A DNA stretch of 64,000 nt from Vicugna vicugna (taxonomy: Eukaryota), in contig MU058241.1 in NCBI GenBank assembly GCA_013265495.1, positions 1,491,249-1,555,248 on the forward strand, in the 5' to 3' direction. The notes beneath the pieces are model-generated. The model did not search any database. It saw only the letters and a list, made by a program, of their open reading frames with translations, and had not been told where the DNA came from. Position 1 is the stretch's first letter. Each line of letters begins with the position of its first letter. The position numbers and the translations under genes were made by a program. Shown piece after piece: positions 12,165-23,920 of this stretch.

Positions 12165-12725
12165 GGAGAACTGGGAATCCCAAGAAGTTTCTGTGCCTTC
12201 ACCCCTGAACCTGTGAATATGGCAACAGGGACTCTGAAGAAATAATTAAGATTACTAATGAGTCGACCCTAACTAAAATAGGGAGCTGATCAAGGTAGTA
12301 TCCAGATAGGTTCAATGCAGTCACGCAACTCCTTACAAGCAGAGATAGAAGAGGAAGTCAGAGACATTCGAAGTACAGGAAGGATTTGCTATGGCACTGC
12401 TAGCTTTGACGATGACGGAGCTTGAGCCGAGGAGTGTAGGTACCCTGCACAAGACACTGACCCCTGACAGGAAGCCCATAAGGTACCAGGGACCTCAGCC
12501 CTGCTCTCCCATGGACATGAATTCTACCAATAAAACCTGCATGAGATGAGCAGCAGAAGCTCGCCCAGGGCCCACAGGGAAGCCCGCCTAACACCTTGAC
12601 TTCAGATGTGTGAGACCAGCCGAGCCCAGCGGGACTTCTGACCTTCAGAGCTATGGGATAATCAGCTGAGGCTGCTGGATTTGTGGTCATCTGTTATATG
12701 ACGGTGGCAGCAGAAACCAGACACA
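12165..12725 (+). mobile_element. MaLR solo LTR (MLT1D/E-like)
   Basis: 'cctgaacctgtgaatatggcaacagggactctg...tgaattctaccaataa...acaccttgacttcag...gacttctgaccttcagagctatgggataa...gcagcagaaaccagacaca'. Confidence 0.8.
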
Positions 12726-13199
12726 AAATGTAAGCAAATCAAAGCAGAAGTTTGGGGTGCTTCTATGACCCACACCTGGACACTGAGACAGACAACTTGA
12801 GGGCTCCTCGTACTCAGCTCTCACCTCTTCATCTTTGCCAAAACATCCAGTACCCCCTGTATTCATCTCCTCATCCCCAAGCATGTCCCTTCTCCCACAT
12901 TCTCCATTGCCTAAGCCCAACCCCTTTGGTTAAATGTTTGCAGACAGGGGGGAAAAAACATGGAAATTTCTAACTTCACTTGCTATCTTGCTTCCTTCCA
13001 TCAAGGTTAAGATTAAAACCTCACACTCCATCATCTTGCCTCCTTAGCCTCTCTGTCCTTGATATTTCCCAAAATTGATAGATTCTGCCATGAATTTTTA
13101 TGCTGGTCTTCCAAGTGAATCATAACCCAGCAATCTCCTTGTCTGGGCATCTCTCGCTTTATTCCTTCTGCCTTCATTTCTTCTACACTTCTGTGAATG

Positions 13200-13470
13200 C
13201 AACAGAAGTATCTGAGATAAATATATATGAGCCGGAGAGATATGGATTAAACGTATGCGTCTTATTTCTATAGCAGATTGTCAGCTGACTTAGAATAAAA
13301 TTCAAGCTCCTTACCATGACCTCCACAGACCCTCATAAACTAGTACCCATGACCTCACGGATGATGACCCACTCCATCATGCTTGCCACGTTCACCTTCA
13401 TCCACTGCTAACCAAACTACAGCAGCATCCAATACCCGTCTGTTGAATCGCCTTGCTTACCTAGGAGGGG
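13200..13470 (+). mobile_element. L2 fragment
   Basis: 'cttagaataaaattcaagctccttaccatgacctccacagaccctcata' is typical of L2. Confidence 0.55.
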
Positions 13471-13669
13471 CGACACTGGGATTGTCACCCCTCCCAGGGG
13501 CTCTGTCGGTCTTAAGAGATTCTTTCATTTTCATAACTTGGTCAAGGAGGATATGGCTACTCTTTGGGCCACCAATTCTATGAACCCCGGTCACCTGGCA
13601 TATAATATTTGAGAACCAGGAGAGTTTTTGTAAGGCTTTTGGGTTATCTCAGCTTACTAACAGAATCTT

Positions 13670-13872
13670 AAAGATACACACCACTACCTATAAAACAGAT
13701 AAACCACAGGGTCCTACTGTACAGCATAGGGACCTATATTCAATATCCTGTAATAAACCATAGTGGAAAAGCATATGAAAAATAATATATATGTACAACT
13801 GAATCACTTGGCTGTGCACCGGAAATTAACACACACTGTAAATCAAATATTTTATACTTCAATTAAAAAAAG
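13670..13872 (+). mobile_element. L1 3' end
   Basis: 'agatacacaccactacctataaaacagataaaccacagggtcctactgtacagcatagggacctatattcaatatcc...tacttcaattaaaaaaa'. Confidence 0.88.
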
Positions 13873-14779
13873 AGTGAAATTAATGGATTTAATAAACAAA
13901 AAAAAAGGATCTTAACAAAGGAAGTTTTGGGGGAAAAAAAAAGACAGGATACCTGCGGAAGCAGTGAACCCATAAAATACACAGTAGGCGCTAGTCTCAC
14001 ACTGAAACTTTAATAGCAAATACACAGCCACATCTCTAGGAACTGATCAGTCCCTCGCAACCAGGGTTGCGTGTCTCCACACGGGTGCTCCTGGGACTTG
14101 GTCCAGAGACCTTGGTCACGTGAGTTTTCTGTTTGGGGGCTAAGGTGAGATGGTATACAGGTGGCGATGCAAATTACTGTCGAAAGACAAAGTGTCCAAG
14201 TGCCCTGGCGTTACAGTTTAGTATCTCATGAAACCTGAACAAGAACTGTTTCCACCTCTAAAACATGCTCCTTTTGTTGCAGGTTGTTCATAAAATTCAG
14301 TACTTGGGCACTATGTATCCGAGCACCCATGAGTCTCACAGCCAATCTCATCACATCGGGTAACATCCCTAACGTTCACTGGTAATCTGCAAATAGTGAG
14401 AGCAAGGTAAGGTGTGAACAAACTACAAAAGCCTGTTAACTAGCCTCCACCTACCTGGTTCCCCAGGGGCTAATGTTTGCTCTCTCCGTTAAACTCTGGA
14501 TGCAGGAACAAAATCGAGTTTCCGACCTCCTGGTCCAAGACCCTTGCGGGACAGGATAACTATCGACATATGACCAATCCCAAGACCCACTCTGAGGACC
14601 CAGACTGCCGAATTTTGGTTTATCTTCAGATGGCCCTACAGGCAGACTTGCTACAACACCTACGTCACTAGCTCAGCGAGGAATCAACTGAGCATCTCAA
14701 TTAAGTGTTGAGCAACACAGCAAATGACACTGGGGGCCAGTCTACGAGTAACTGGCTAACGGATTTCCAGATGAAAGGA

Positions 14780-15105
14780 AACCTAAGTGTAACGTGTGAT
14801 AACGCACGACAGCCGTGACTGAGAAACATACATAACGTTAGGGAAGTTGACAAAACTTGAATACAGAATGTGGACAAGATCATAGTGTTGTCTCGCAGTC
14901 AAGTTTCTTGATTTTGACCACTGTATCCTAGTTACGCAGGAAGATGTCTCTGTTCTTCGAAAAAAATACACACTGAAATATTTAGGGGTCAAAGATCATG
15001 TAACTTACTCTCAAATGATCAGGGAAGAAAAGTGGAGGAAAGAGAGAGAGGGGAAAATAAAAACTGAGCCAACTGTACACAGCTGGTGAATGTATATAAA
15101 ATGTG
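14780..15105 (+). mobile_element. Old L1 (L1MC/MD-like) 3' fragment
   Basis: 'tttcttgattttgaccactgtatcctagttacgcaggaagatgtc...cacactgaaatatttaggggtcaaagatcatgtaacttactctcaaatg'. Confidence 0.65.
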
Positions 15106-15112
15106 CAAAGGA

Positions 15113-15232
15113 GCAGAGTGTGGGCTTAGCATGCACGAGGTCCTGGGTTCAATAAACGGAGGTAAAGGGGGTAATTTGGTTTATTTTATTTATAGTAATG
15201 TGTGTCTCTTAATCCCCAACACCTAATTTTCA
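15113..15232. mobile_element. Rearranged SINE/L1 fragments in mixed orientation
   Basis: Forward SINE head 'cttagcatgcacgaggtcctgggttcaat', followed by reverse SINE tail-like sequence and a reverse L1 3' UTR piece. Confidence 0.6.
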
Positions 15233-16305
15233 CTTTCACTTTAAAAAAATATATATATATATTTGCAGTGGACACGTGCTCACATAAAAAGAGACCAAAA
15301 GGATGTAATATAGTATTGATTTTGTGAAATCTAAATATCTGAATTCTGGCTTCCCAGTTTTGACCATTTCTTCCAGTTTCTGTACTCAAGTGGTCCAGTG
15401 AATAGAGATTTGCAGACCATCTGTGTTGCACAAGCACTGATACTCACTTGAAACAAAAATATTCCGAGGTTAGAAAAAAAACAACGCCGCCAAAGTTTTT
15501 CTTTTAACTTAAGCTCTCTGCACAGGGACTCACCAGCCACATGTCATGTTTAGGAGATTATCTCTGACTTATCCTTTCTCTTTCTTCCTCCTCGGCCCCT
15601 TTTTCATCACCAACACCACGGTGCTGTGGATTTAAGAATTATTTTAAGTCAAATCCACTGTCTTTTTTTGCTTTTGCGAGTCTGTCTTGTGAAAGTTTAG
15701 TCATGATGCAGCACGTACCTCAGTGTTGTATTTGTTGTGTCCTGACTTCCCAGCACATAACTGAAACGCGGCTGTGAGATTTTCCTCTGCTAGGGCGCCT
15801 TTCAATCTTCCATGCCCTAGGGATCCAGATTGAATGTGAAGATGCCTCTGTAGGAACAGGGCAATCAAGTTCTCTCCCGGGTTGGATAGAAAATGTTCTT
15901 ATACTGCTGCCTCAGTTCAAGAATTGCAAAGGAATAAATACACAATAAATGGTTTTGTAGTGCCAAGAGGGTGAGACAGCCAGTAGAAATGGGAAATAAT
16001 TTTCATCATACCAAACTTGACACTGAAGAATTCCTATAGTTTAAAGAATGTGGCTTTGGAGATATAACAGGTCCTAAATATGTTTCTCCTAAAATTTACC
16101 TCATTCTACTTCACAATATCTTACAAAGAAGATTCAGTTTGAGGCTTCCTTGGAGGAAAAATATAATGTCATAAATTAAAAGGACTGCTAACATTTTGTA
16201 AATTGAGTCTAAACATTCATGCTTTTATCTTGCATTTTTATTATATAGGATTCCATCAACATTAATGCAGTACATCAGACCACTGGAAAAAATCAGACCT
16301 TCCAA

Positions 16306-16537
16306 GGAAGGGATAAATTTGGGAGTTTGAGATTTACAAATGTTAGCTACTGTATATAAAAATAGATTTGAAAAAAACAATTTCTTCTGTATAGCACAGG
16401 GAACTATGTTCAGTATCTTGTAATAACCTTTAATGAAAAAACTATGAAGATGAATATATGTATGTATGTGCATGACTGGGACATTGTGCTGTACACCAGA
16501 AATGAACACATTGCAAATGATAGTACTTCAATTAAAA
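16306..16537 (+). mobile_element. L1 3' end with perfect target-site duplication
   Basis: TSD aaaaaatcagaccttccaa at 16287-16305 and 16538-16556; L1 3' UTR between. Confidence 0.93.
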
Positions 16538-17111
16538 AAAAAATCAGACCTTCCAAATGCATAATGCTTAATCAAGAGCTTACTAGGTTATTCAATATCT
16601 TGTAATAACCTTTAATGAAAAAGAATATCAAGTGATACTTCCCTTGGCAAAAAGGGAAAAAAAAAAAAGCTTTAAGTTGAAGTGAGTCTAAGAGCACAAT
16701 TCCTCAGCGTAAGAGAGAACACATATAGATGATCACCTTTTGTCTTAAAACTCCGTCCCTCACACAATGAAATGGGCCCTTGCCCTGCCAATAAATTAGA
16801 CCAGGGTGAACACTGCGACTAAAATTGGGCCAATTCGATTCCTCTTTCTGAGGACAGGAGTCTGATCTGAAAGTACCCCATCCATGTAAGTTGGTGCAGA
16901 CACTATGAAAACAGTATGGAGGTTCCTTAAAAAAAAAATAGTTACCTTATGAGCCAGCAATCCCACTCCTGGGCATATATCCGGAGAAAACTCTAATTGT
17001 AAAAGACACATGTACTCCAATGTTCACAGCAGAACTATTTACAATAGCCAAGACATGGAAACAATCTAGGTGTCCACTGACAGATGACTGGATAAAGAAG
17101 ATGTCTTGCAG

Positions 17112-17121
17112 TGTGTGTGTA

Positions 17122-17169
<48 letters not shown>
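17112..17169. repeat. Compound (GT)n(AT)n microsatellite inside L1
   Basis: Seen directly. Confidence 0.95.
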
Positions 17170-17175
<6 letters not shown>

Positions 17176-17556
17176 ACAGTGGAATTATATACCAATATAT
17201 GGTGGAATACTACTCAGCCATTAAAAAGGATGAAATTTTTGCCATTTGCAGCAAGATGGATGGACCTAAAGATCATCATACTAAGTGAAATAAGTCAGAG
17301 GAAGACAAAGATCATATGATATCACTCACACATGGATCTAAAAAAAATGACATGAATGAACTTATTTACAAAACAGAAACAGACTCACAGACGTAGAAAG
17401 CAAACTTAGGTTTACCAAGGGGGAGGAGTAGGGAAGGGATAAACTAGGAGTTTGGGATTAGCAGATATACACTACTAGATACAAAATAAACAACAAGGTC
17501 CTACTGTATAGCACAGGGAACTACATTCAATATCTTGCAATAACCTATAATGAAAT

Positions 17557-18048
17557 TATAACTGAGCAGGACCCTGGGGGGCCTTCCAGAGACAGACTCC
17601 TTCCTCATATCCTCTGCTGTAACTCCTGAGTTTATTATCTCCTGAGTTTATATCTCCTGAGTTTTCCAGATGCTAAAAATTACCACCAAAGGGAAGGAAT
17701 TAAGTACTTGAATAATGGAGAACACGTGGCCCCGAGACCTTCTGGTGCCTAGAGGCTGACGGTTTTGACCACCCTCTTCCCTCCATGTCAACCATCAACC
17801 AATCAGAAAATTGTGCGCGAACTGATCACATATCCTGAGACACCCCCCACCCGCAGCCCCTCACCTGGCCTTTAAATATGCTTTGCTGAAACCCACAGGG
17901 GAGTTCAGGGCTTCCTTGAGCCTCAGCCACGCCTTTCTCCTTGCTCAGCCCTGCAATAAACACATCTGTGCTCCAAACTCTGACGTTTCAGTTTGTTTGG
18001 CCTCACAGTGCATCATCACACACTGGCACAAACTTGCTTTCGACAATA
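17557..18048 (+). mobile_element. Solo ERV LTR nested in L1 3' UTR
   Basis: About 490 bp non-L1 block with ordered CCAAT (17799), TATA-like tttaaata (about 17871) and AATAAA (17955), then U5-like 'tttcagtttgtttggcctcacagtgcatc'. Confidence 0.78.
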
Positions 18049-18056
18049 AAAAGAAT

Positions 18057-18204
18057 ATTCAGTATCTTGTAATAACCTTTAATGAAAAAGAATATGAAAC
18101 TGAAGGCATGTACGTATAGGCATGCCCGGGACATTGTGCTGTGCACCAGAAACTGTCACATTGTAATTGATTGTACTTCAATACAAATGAATGAATGAAT
18201 GAAT
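18057..18204 (+). mobile_element. Second short L1 3' end nested in the older L1 3' UTR
   Basis: Own terminus 'ttgtacttcaata' and (GAAT)n tail; flanked by gaatat repeats. Confidence 0.75.
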
Positions 18205-18818
18205 GAATATGAAAAAGAATATGCGTATGACTGAATCACTATACTGTACATCGGAAACTAACACAACATTGCAAATCAACTATATGTCAGTAAAAAAAAA
18301 AGTAAGCTTCAAAAATTTTAAAAATGAAAGCATCCCGTGGAATCTGAAATGGTTTCTTGACACAGGTGACATTAACCTGGCAGCTAAATGGAGCAAGACA
18401 AACTGCAGCAAAGTAAGAATGTAGCCCTGGGAAAAGGTAAAGTTTTCAAGAAAAGGTAAAATTGTGACTCTCTTGCAGATGCAAAATGAATACATGTTAG
18501 ATTTCATTTTATTCCTTCGACATGAGAGATACAGGCAGATGTTACCATCTGTGGAAAGGGAAAATCAACAATGCATATGAACTAAAAACAACTGAATTTC
18601 AAACGAAGCAAACCTTTCTTTCACTGGGAGGAGGGAAGTCTACAGAGTCCACATATCCATCAGTGAGCTGCAATTTAAAAACAGACACAAAACACCTAAA
18701 GGACAATAAACAGGGGTGCTAGACATCAGCCTATGCTGAGGGCTACAGGAAATGCAGGGATTTTTATGGAAGTACATCTGGTATCCTTCTACATTTTAAC
18801 ACACCACCACCCTCCTCC

Positions 18819-19381
18819 TGGAGGGAGCACAATGTGCCCCCATCCGCCAAAAAAAAAAAGTGTCTCTTTGGCATGAGGATTAATTTAGGCTGATTATTTT
18901 TAAGAAACAGGAGATTCAGGAAGTCTTTCCTTTTTACGTCCCCTTAGCCGCCTAAAGAATTTACACAGAGGGCTTGTTCCTCAAATGGAGCATCCGCAGA
19001 GATGTCTGCAAAGAATACGGACCGGGTGTGGTGCGGGAAACGCAGCAGGGTCTGGGGATCAGAGTCCACCGTGTGTCCCACTCTCTGCACTGGCCCTGCA
19101 ACGTGTGTTTACAAACATTTGCTTCCTATCTGCATATCAACGGCCTTCCTCTCCTTTGAAGTCTCAAACCGCTACCGCCAACATGCTCTTTTGTCTTTAT
19201 AGCTGAAGATGAGGGTCCCGTCAGTTTGGTGAGTGACTCAAGTTTTCCTGAATCTCACCCACATACACAGGTGACTAGTTTTGTGTGCTTTCCTCCTGTT
19301 CATCTGCCTCATGTCCATTTAACTCTTAGACCAGCCCAAAGGCCTTAGAAGGGCAGACGAAATATGTCTTCCTCCCTGACA
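18819..19381 (+). mobile_element. Solo MER34-family LTR
   Basis: 'tgtctctttggcatgaggattaatttaggctgattatttttaagaaacag...ccttagaagggcagacgaaatatgtcttcctccctgaca'; TG...CA termini. Confidence 0.78.
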
Positions 19382-22051
19382 GCCCTGAATCCTACACGTT
19401 TCAATCTGACCTCTTATGTGGGATCCACACTGAATGCTACTGATTCACGCAGCCTTATTTAATCCCCTCAGCCAGGAAGGCATTCTGACCCCTTCCACAG
19501 CCCCACAGACGTGTATCTGAAATTCTCTGCCGTACTTATCACGGAATAATTTGAATCACATGACTCGTGAAGTCTACTTTTGTATCCTTTCGGTCTACAC
19601 CAAGTCTCTAGCAACGGGTTCACATAATGGACACTGTAACCGAGCAGGACCGTATTGTCATCGGTGACCATACGGTATTTGTAACTTCTTAACTGTGTAA
19701 TAGTTTAAATGGCTTTTCTCATGCTTTTGCTGACCGGGATTGGGCTGGAGAGGAGGGGAAATTCGGGAGACCTGCACATCCCCCCCCCTCACTTGGCCCC
19801 CAACACCTCATAGACAACAGTCAGATGTTTTGTTCATCTTGTTCACCACTTGCCAACTGTGTATGTCTGCAGTAAGTTTTAGCCCCTTGTGATTTCTTCG
19901 CATTCTGTTCTCCCAGCCTGTGCAACCACCGAAGCAAGAGGTCTCAGGAAGGTCTCAGCCTGCTTAAATTGCCAGCAGCACTTATCAACCTGACTTTAAA
20001 CTGCACCCGTTTTTCTGTAGAGCCCTTTTCCACAGACCCCTTTCCTAAGCACCTTTGTTCTAGGCACAGGAATATCAGAAGAGTTCCAAAGCCAGAGGTG
20101 GACATCACACCCAGAAGGAAGGGGACCACTGCATCCACAAAACCAAGGACAACTTTGCAACAAGTTGTTCCCCTGTATGGCATCTCTTTGGAAACCAGCC
20201 TTGCCCTTTGGCAAGGAGAAAGCAAAAATTCTTACAGAGCAAAGGCATTGAATTGCAAATGAAGGAAACTCCTTTTTGGAGAGGAGGTGGTCGGTTAAAA
20301 CGAGGCATTTTGCAAATCAATCAGTTACCTTCAGTTTATAAAGAGGTGGAAAATAGCTCAAAGACAATGAACAGCGGCCTGGAGGGGAGCTGGGCAGCTA
20401 TAATGCAGTTTTTCATTAAAGCGCACTTTTTTTTTTCCCCTACAAGACCACGCAGGGAGAGGGAGGAAAACCTAATGTCTGTTTTCTAGTATTTTTGGCG
20501 TGCACTCCATCTTTTCATTCCTCCAGAGGCCCTGCTCCACATCCCCTTCCCAGTTTCTGAACGATTCTGTGGCATACTTGTAATAAATTGCTCATTTTGT
20601 TGAGCCTGTGTAAGAGGAATTCTATTGTTTGCAAACAGAAGTGTCTTTGATAACATTCATGCCCTCGGTGGGAGGAGGGGAAGCTAAAATTTGCTGCTGA
20701 AACTCTGAACCCTTCATTTGTTTCCTTTTTCAAGACTGTTTTGGTCAAAGCAAGACCTAGGGTCCCCTGGATAGAGACAGCCACATACGTCCACACACTT
20801 CTCGAATACCCTGATGCTGGCATGTGGTCCAGAAAAAACACATAATAAAATAAATAGTGGAAAGAAGGCAGTCATCTTGGATGACTGTCCTTGGAACAAG
20901 CGGTTGGGGTCATATCATCCTCATCATGACAAGGGACTCTCATCTTGAAAAGCAGAGGGTCTGGTAACACACAGCCAGCATTTCTACTCAGCAACCATGG
21001 ATGTACGTGCAGGGAGCATCTGCCCCGCCCGACCTGGCATTCCCACCCTGCCAGTTCCATCCTGGAGGGCTGTCTACCTGCCTCCCAAAGGCATCAGTGT
21101 CCAACCCAGCCTCTACCCCCAGCCCCAGGGTCTGGCCTGCAGGTAGACCCTCACTCCCTTCCAGCTTACCTCCTAGGAGCCCAGCCTGGCCCAGAATGTC
21201 TGCTACTCCTTTTCCAGCTAAAATCGATATTCTTCTGTCTTTATTTCACCTGGAATGACTCTGGGCCCTACGTGGGAACTTTGTCACAGTCACTAGGATC
21301 CCTGAGAGATGACCTTGTCTTGTGGATGTATGGGACCCAACAAACTCCCATGAGATTATAGTACACAAACTGTCATTCAGACTCAATCTGTCCATCAAAG
21401 TCACCGCCGTTGTATGGAAAAAAAAATTAAATCCATTTTCTCCAAACCATGGAAAGAGATTTCTACCCAAGCTCCAGATAAAATGCCATTTCTCACCCTA
21501 CTGCCTGGAGAACACTTCCTTTTTACCACGGATTTCAAATTTTAAACATCTGTTAATTTCATTTTGCTTCACAGTGCTCTTGGTTTCTCATTTCTTACTA
21601 ATAATTCATTTGCTTTCAAAGAATGATTTAGCTACCTTTATTCTTTTCTCATACACACGCTAGATGAAAATTAACGAGACTAAAGCAGATGAAATGGGTT
21701 TTTGTTAAGAGAATTGTAAGTGCTTAAGTGACCCTGATTTTTATATCTTCTCCATAACACGGAGCTCAATAGAGAATGTTGAACAAAAGGTTTCCACGTC
21801 TGAGCAGTGTTAACACTGCTGTTCGGTTTCCTAGACTCAGAGCCAGGAGTTTCCCAACAAATAAATAACTGCACGTCCTTCGAAACTTTTACTTTTCCTT
21901 AGTTATGAGCCCTTTTTTGCAAGTAAAATTTAACAAAAAACTTAGTTTCAGTATGATCCAGAGAGACTCACCAGGAATCACTGTAATATTAAGGAAAAGA
22001 AAAAAGTCCATATATGGCAAAGAGGGAAAATCTTAGAAAACTTTTTCTTAC

Positions 22052-22233
22052 AAGAACAAGAAGTTTATACTGTGTAGCACAGGGAACCATATTCGATATC
22101 TCATAGTAACCGACGGTGAAGAATACGAGAACGAATGTACGTGTGTTCCTATGTGACTGAAGCACTGTGCTGTACACCAGAAATTGACACACATCGTAAA
22201 CTGACTGCACTTCAATAAAAATACATTAAAAAA
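22052..22233 (+). mobile_element. L1 3' end
   Basis: 'tatactgtgtagcacagggaaccatattcgatatctc...aaactgactgcacttcaataaaa'. Confidence 0.88.
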
Positions 22234-22276
22234 TTGTTTTCCTTATAAGAGTTGAGTTCTAAAAAACAGTTTCCTA

Positions 22277-22420
22277 GGGGAGGGTATAGCTCAGGGGCAG
22301 AGCACATGCTTAGCATGCACAAGGTCCTGGGTTCAATCCCCAGTACCTCCACTTAAGAAAAATTTTATTAAAAATACATAAATAAACTTAATTACCTACC
22401 CCCCCAAAAAAACAAACAAA
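22277..22420 (+). mobile_element. tRNA-Ala-derived camelid SINE (vic-1 type)
   Basis: 'ggggagggtatagctcag...cttagcatgcacaaggtcctgggttcaatccccagtacctcc' plus A-rich linker and 'aattacctacccccc' tail. Confidence 0.9.
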
Positions 22421-22790
22421 CATCTTCCTCATGAATCTGAATCCAAAAAATGTCTGTTTCCACAACTAGACTGACAAAGATGAAAAAGGCTGGCACCACC
22501 GAGTATCACTATGCACTGTCAGTAAATGCATCAAAGAACAGCTGGAAACAGTACCAGCAATCTTCAGTGTGCTTGCCCATCCACTGAACAAATCCACCTT
22601 AGAAACGGGTCCCAGGGGACAGTCAGACAAACATTCAAAGAGACATGCAAACATCTTCCTCTTATTTCTGTGTGAAATAGAAAGAAGCTTACAAACACTC
22701 CAAATATCCATCAATAGGGCTGGCTGAAGAAATCATCGTACCGTTTATCAACAAGATACCAAGGAGCTACTTAAAATGATAAGAAAGACA

Positions 22791-22852
22791 AGATGGATGG
22801 ATGGATGGACGGATGGATGGATGGATAGACAGACTGGTTGATTAGATGGATG

Positions 22853-22907
<55 letters not shown>

Positions 22908-22924
22908 TAGATGGATGGATAGAT
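22791..22924. repeat. Compound (GGAT)n/(AGAT)n tetranucleotide microsatellite
   Basis: Seen directly. Confidence 0.95.
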
Positions 22925-23761
22925 ATGCATAGAGAAAAACTGCCATTGATTGAATCATCCTTGATGTATTCTCATAGGGAAAGAAACAAAAACTCAAGTT
23001 TTATACTCATTAGAGCAGCCTGTGAGCATGGCAAAAATCATGAGTTACATTTTTAACGTGAGGATCACCTGATCTCTCAACTAGTAACTGTCATCGGGAT
23101 TTGGAGCTGCAAAGTGTCTACCATTCCGGAGAAAGTCAGGTGGAGCAAGATTCCTACTGGTCCTTGGACTCATCTGATTCATCCTCTCTCGATGATGGGT
23201 TCTCCACATAATTAACAAGTAGATCTGAGCTTCATGAAGCAGAAGGTGGTGGCATCGTCCCCTTGGCTCTCTCCCATGCCTGGCTTGGAGCCAGCTCAGC
23301 AAATTTGTGTTCCACCTAACCCAAGCAACAAGCCTCAGGAGAACAAGGCCAAGGAACCCACTCTCCTCTCTTGTCACAACTGTTTGCATGTGCAGGTCTG
23401 CATCTGCGTTTCATCAGCACTGGGACTTACGGGATGGTACACAAAACAGGGAAGTTACCAGTGTGGGTCACTGGCCTGTGCTGTGTGCTACAAATATCTT
23501 ACTCACTCAATGCTCTCTTTACAGTGATGCTTTTTTCTCTCTCTTCTCTCAGTGAACAGATGGATTAGAAACATGAGTTTTCCCCTACAATGTCAAATTG
23601 CGTTTGTTCAACAGTTGCGAAACTTGCTGCCGGGGAAACCTGATCAGACGCTCTTGGAGTAAAGCCAGATACATGACAACAAGATAAAAGTGGGCATCTC
23701 TCATTCTGCAACTCAGACCTACGACCAACTTACTATGACTTCGGTACTAACTGCCCTGGGA

Positions 23762-23920
23762 GGGGGGAAGGGTACAGCTCCGTGTCAGAGCACACACTTA
23801 GCATGCATGAGATCCTGGGTTCAAGCCCCAGTACCTCCTCCAGGAATAAACAAACCTAATTACCTCCCCACTGCCAAGATAAAACAACAAAATAATACAA
23901 CAATAAAACAGTTTTAAAAG
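23762..23920 (+). mobile_element. tRNA-Ala-derived camelid SINE
   Basis: tRNA head plus 'aaacctaattacctcccc' tail. Confidence 0.88.

Larger units (their letters stand above)
16884..18301 (+). mobile_element. L1 ORF2 end plus 3' UTR, interrupted by a (GT)n(AT)n microsatellite, an LTR and a second L1
   Basis: ORF 17020-17319 'MFTAELFTIAKTWKQSRCPLTDDWIKKM...' is the ORF2p C-terminus; the 3' UTR resumes at about 18205 'gaatatgaaaaagaatatgcgtatgactgaatcact'. Confidence 0.9.

Noticed and set aside
14283..14406. Plus-strand exon-like segment (ttgttgcag|...AAG|gtaagg)
   Set aside because: Stops in all three frames and no supporting neighbouring exons; cannot be called coding.
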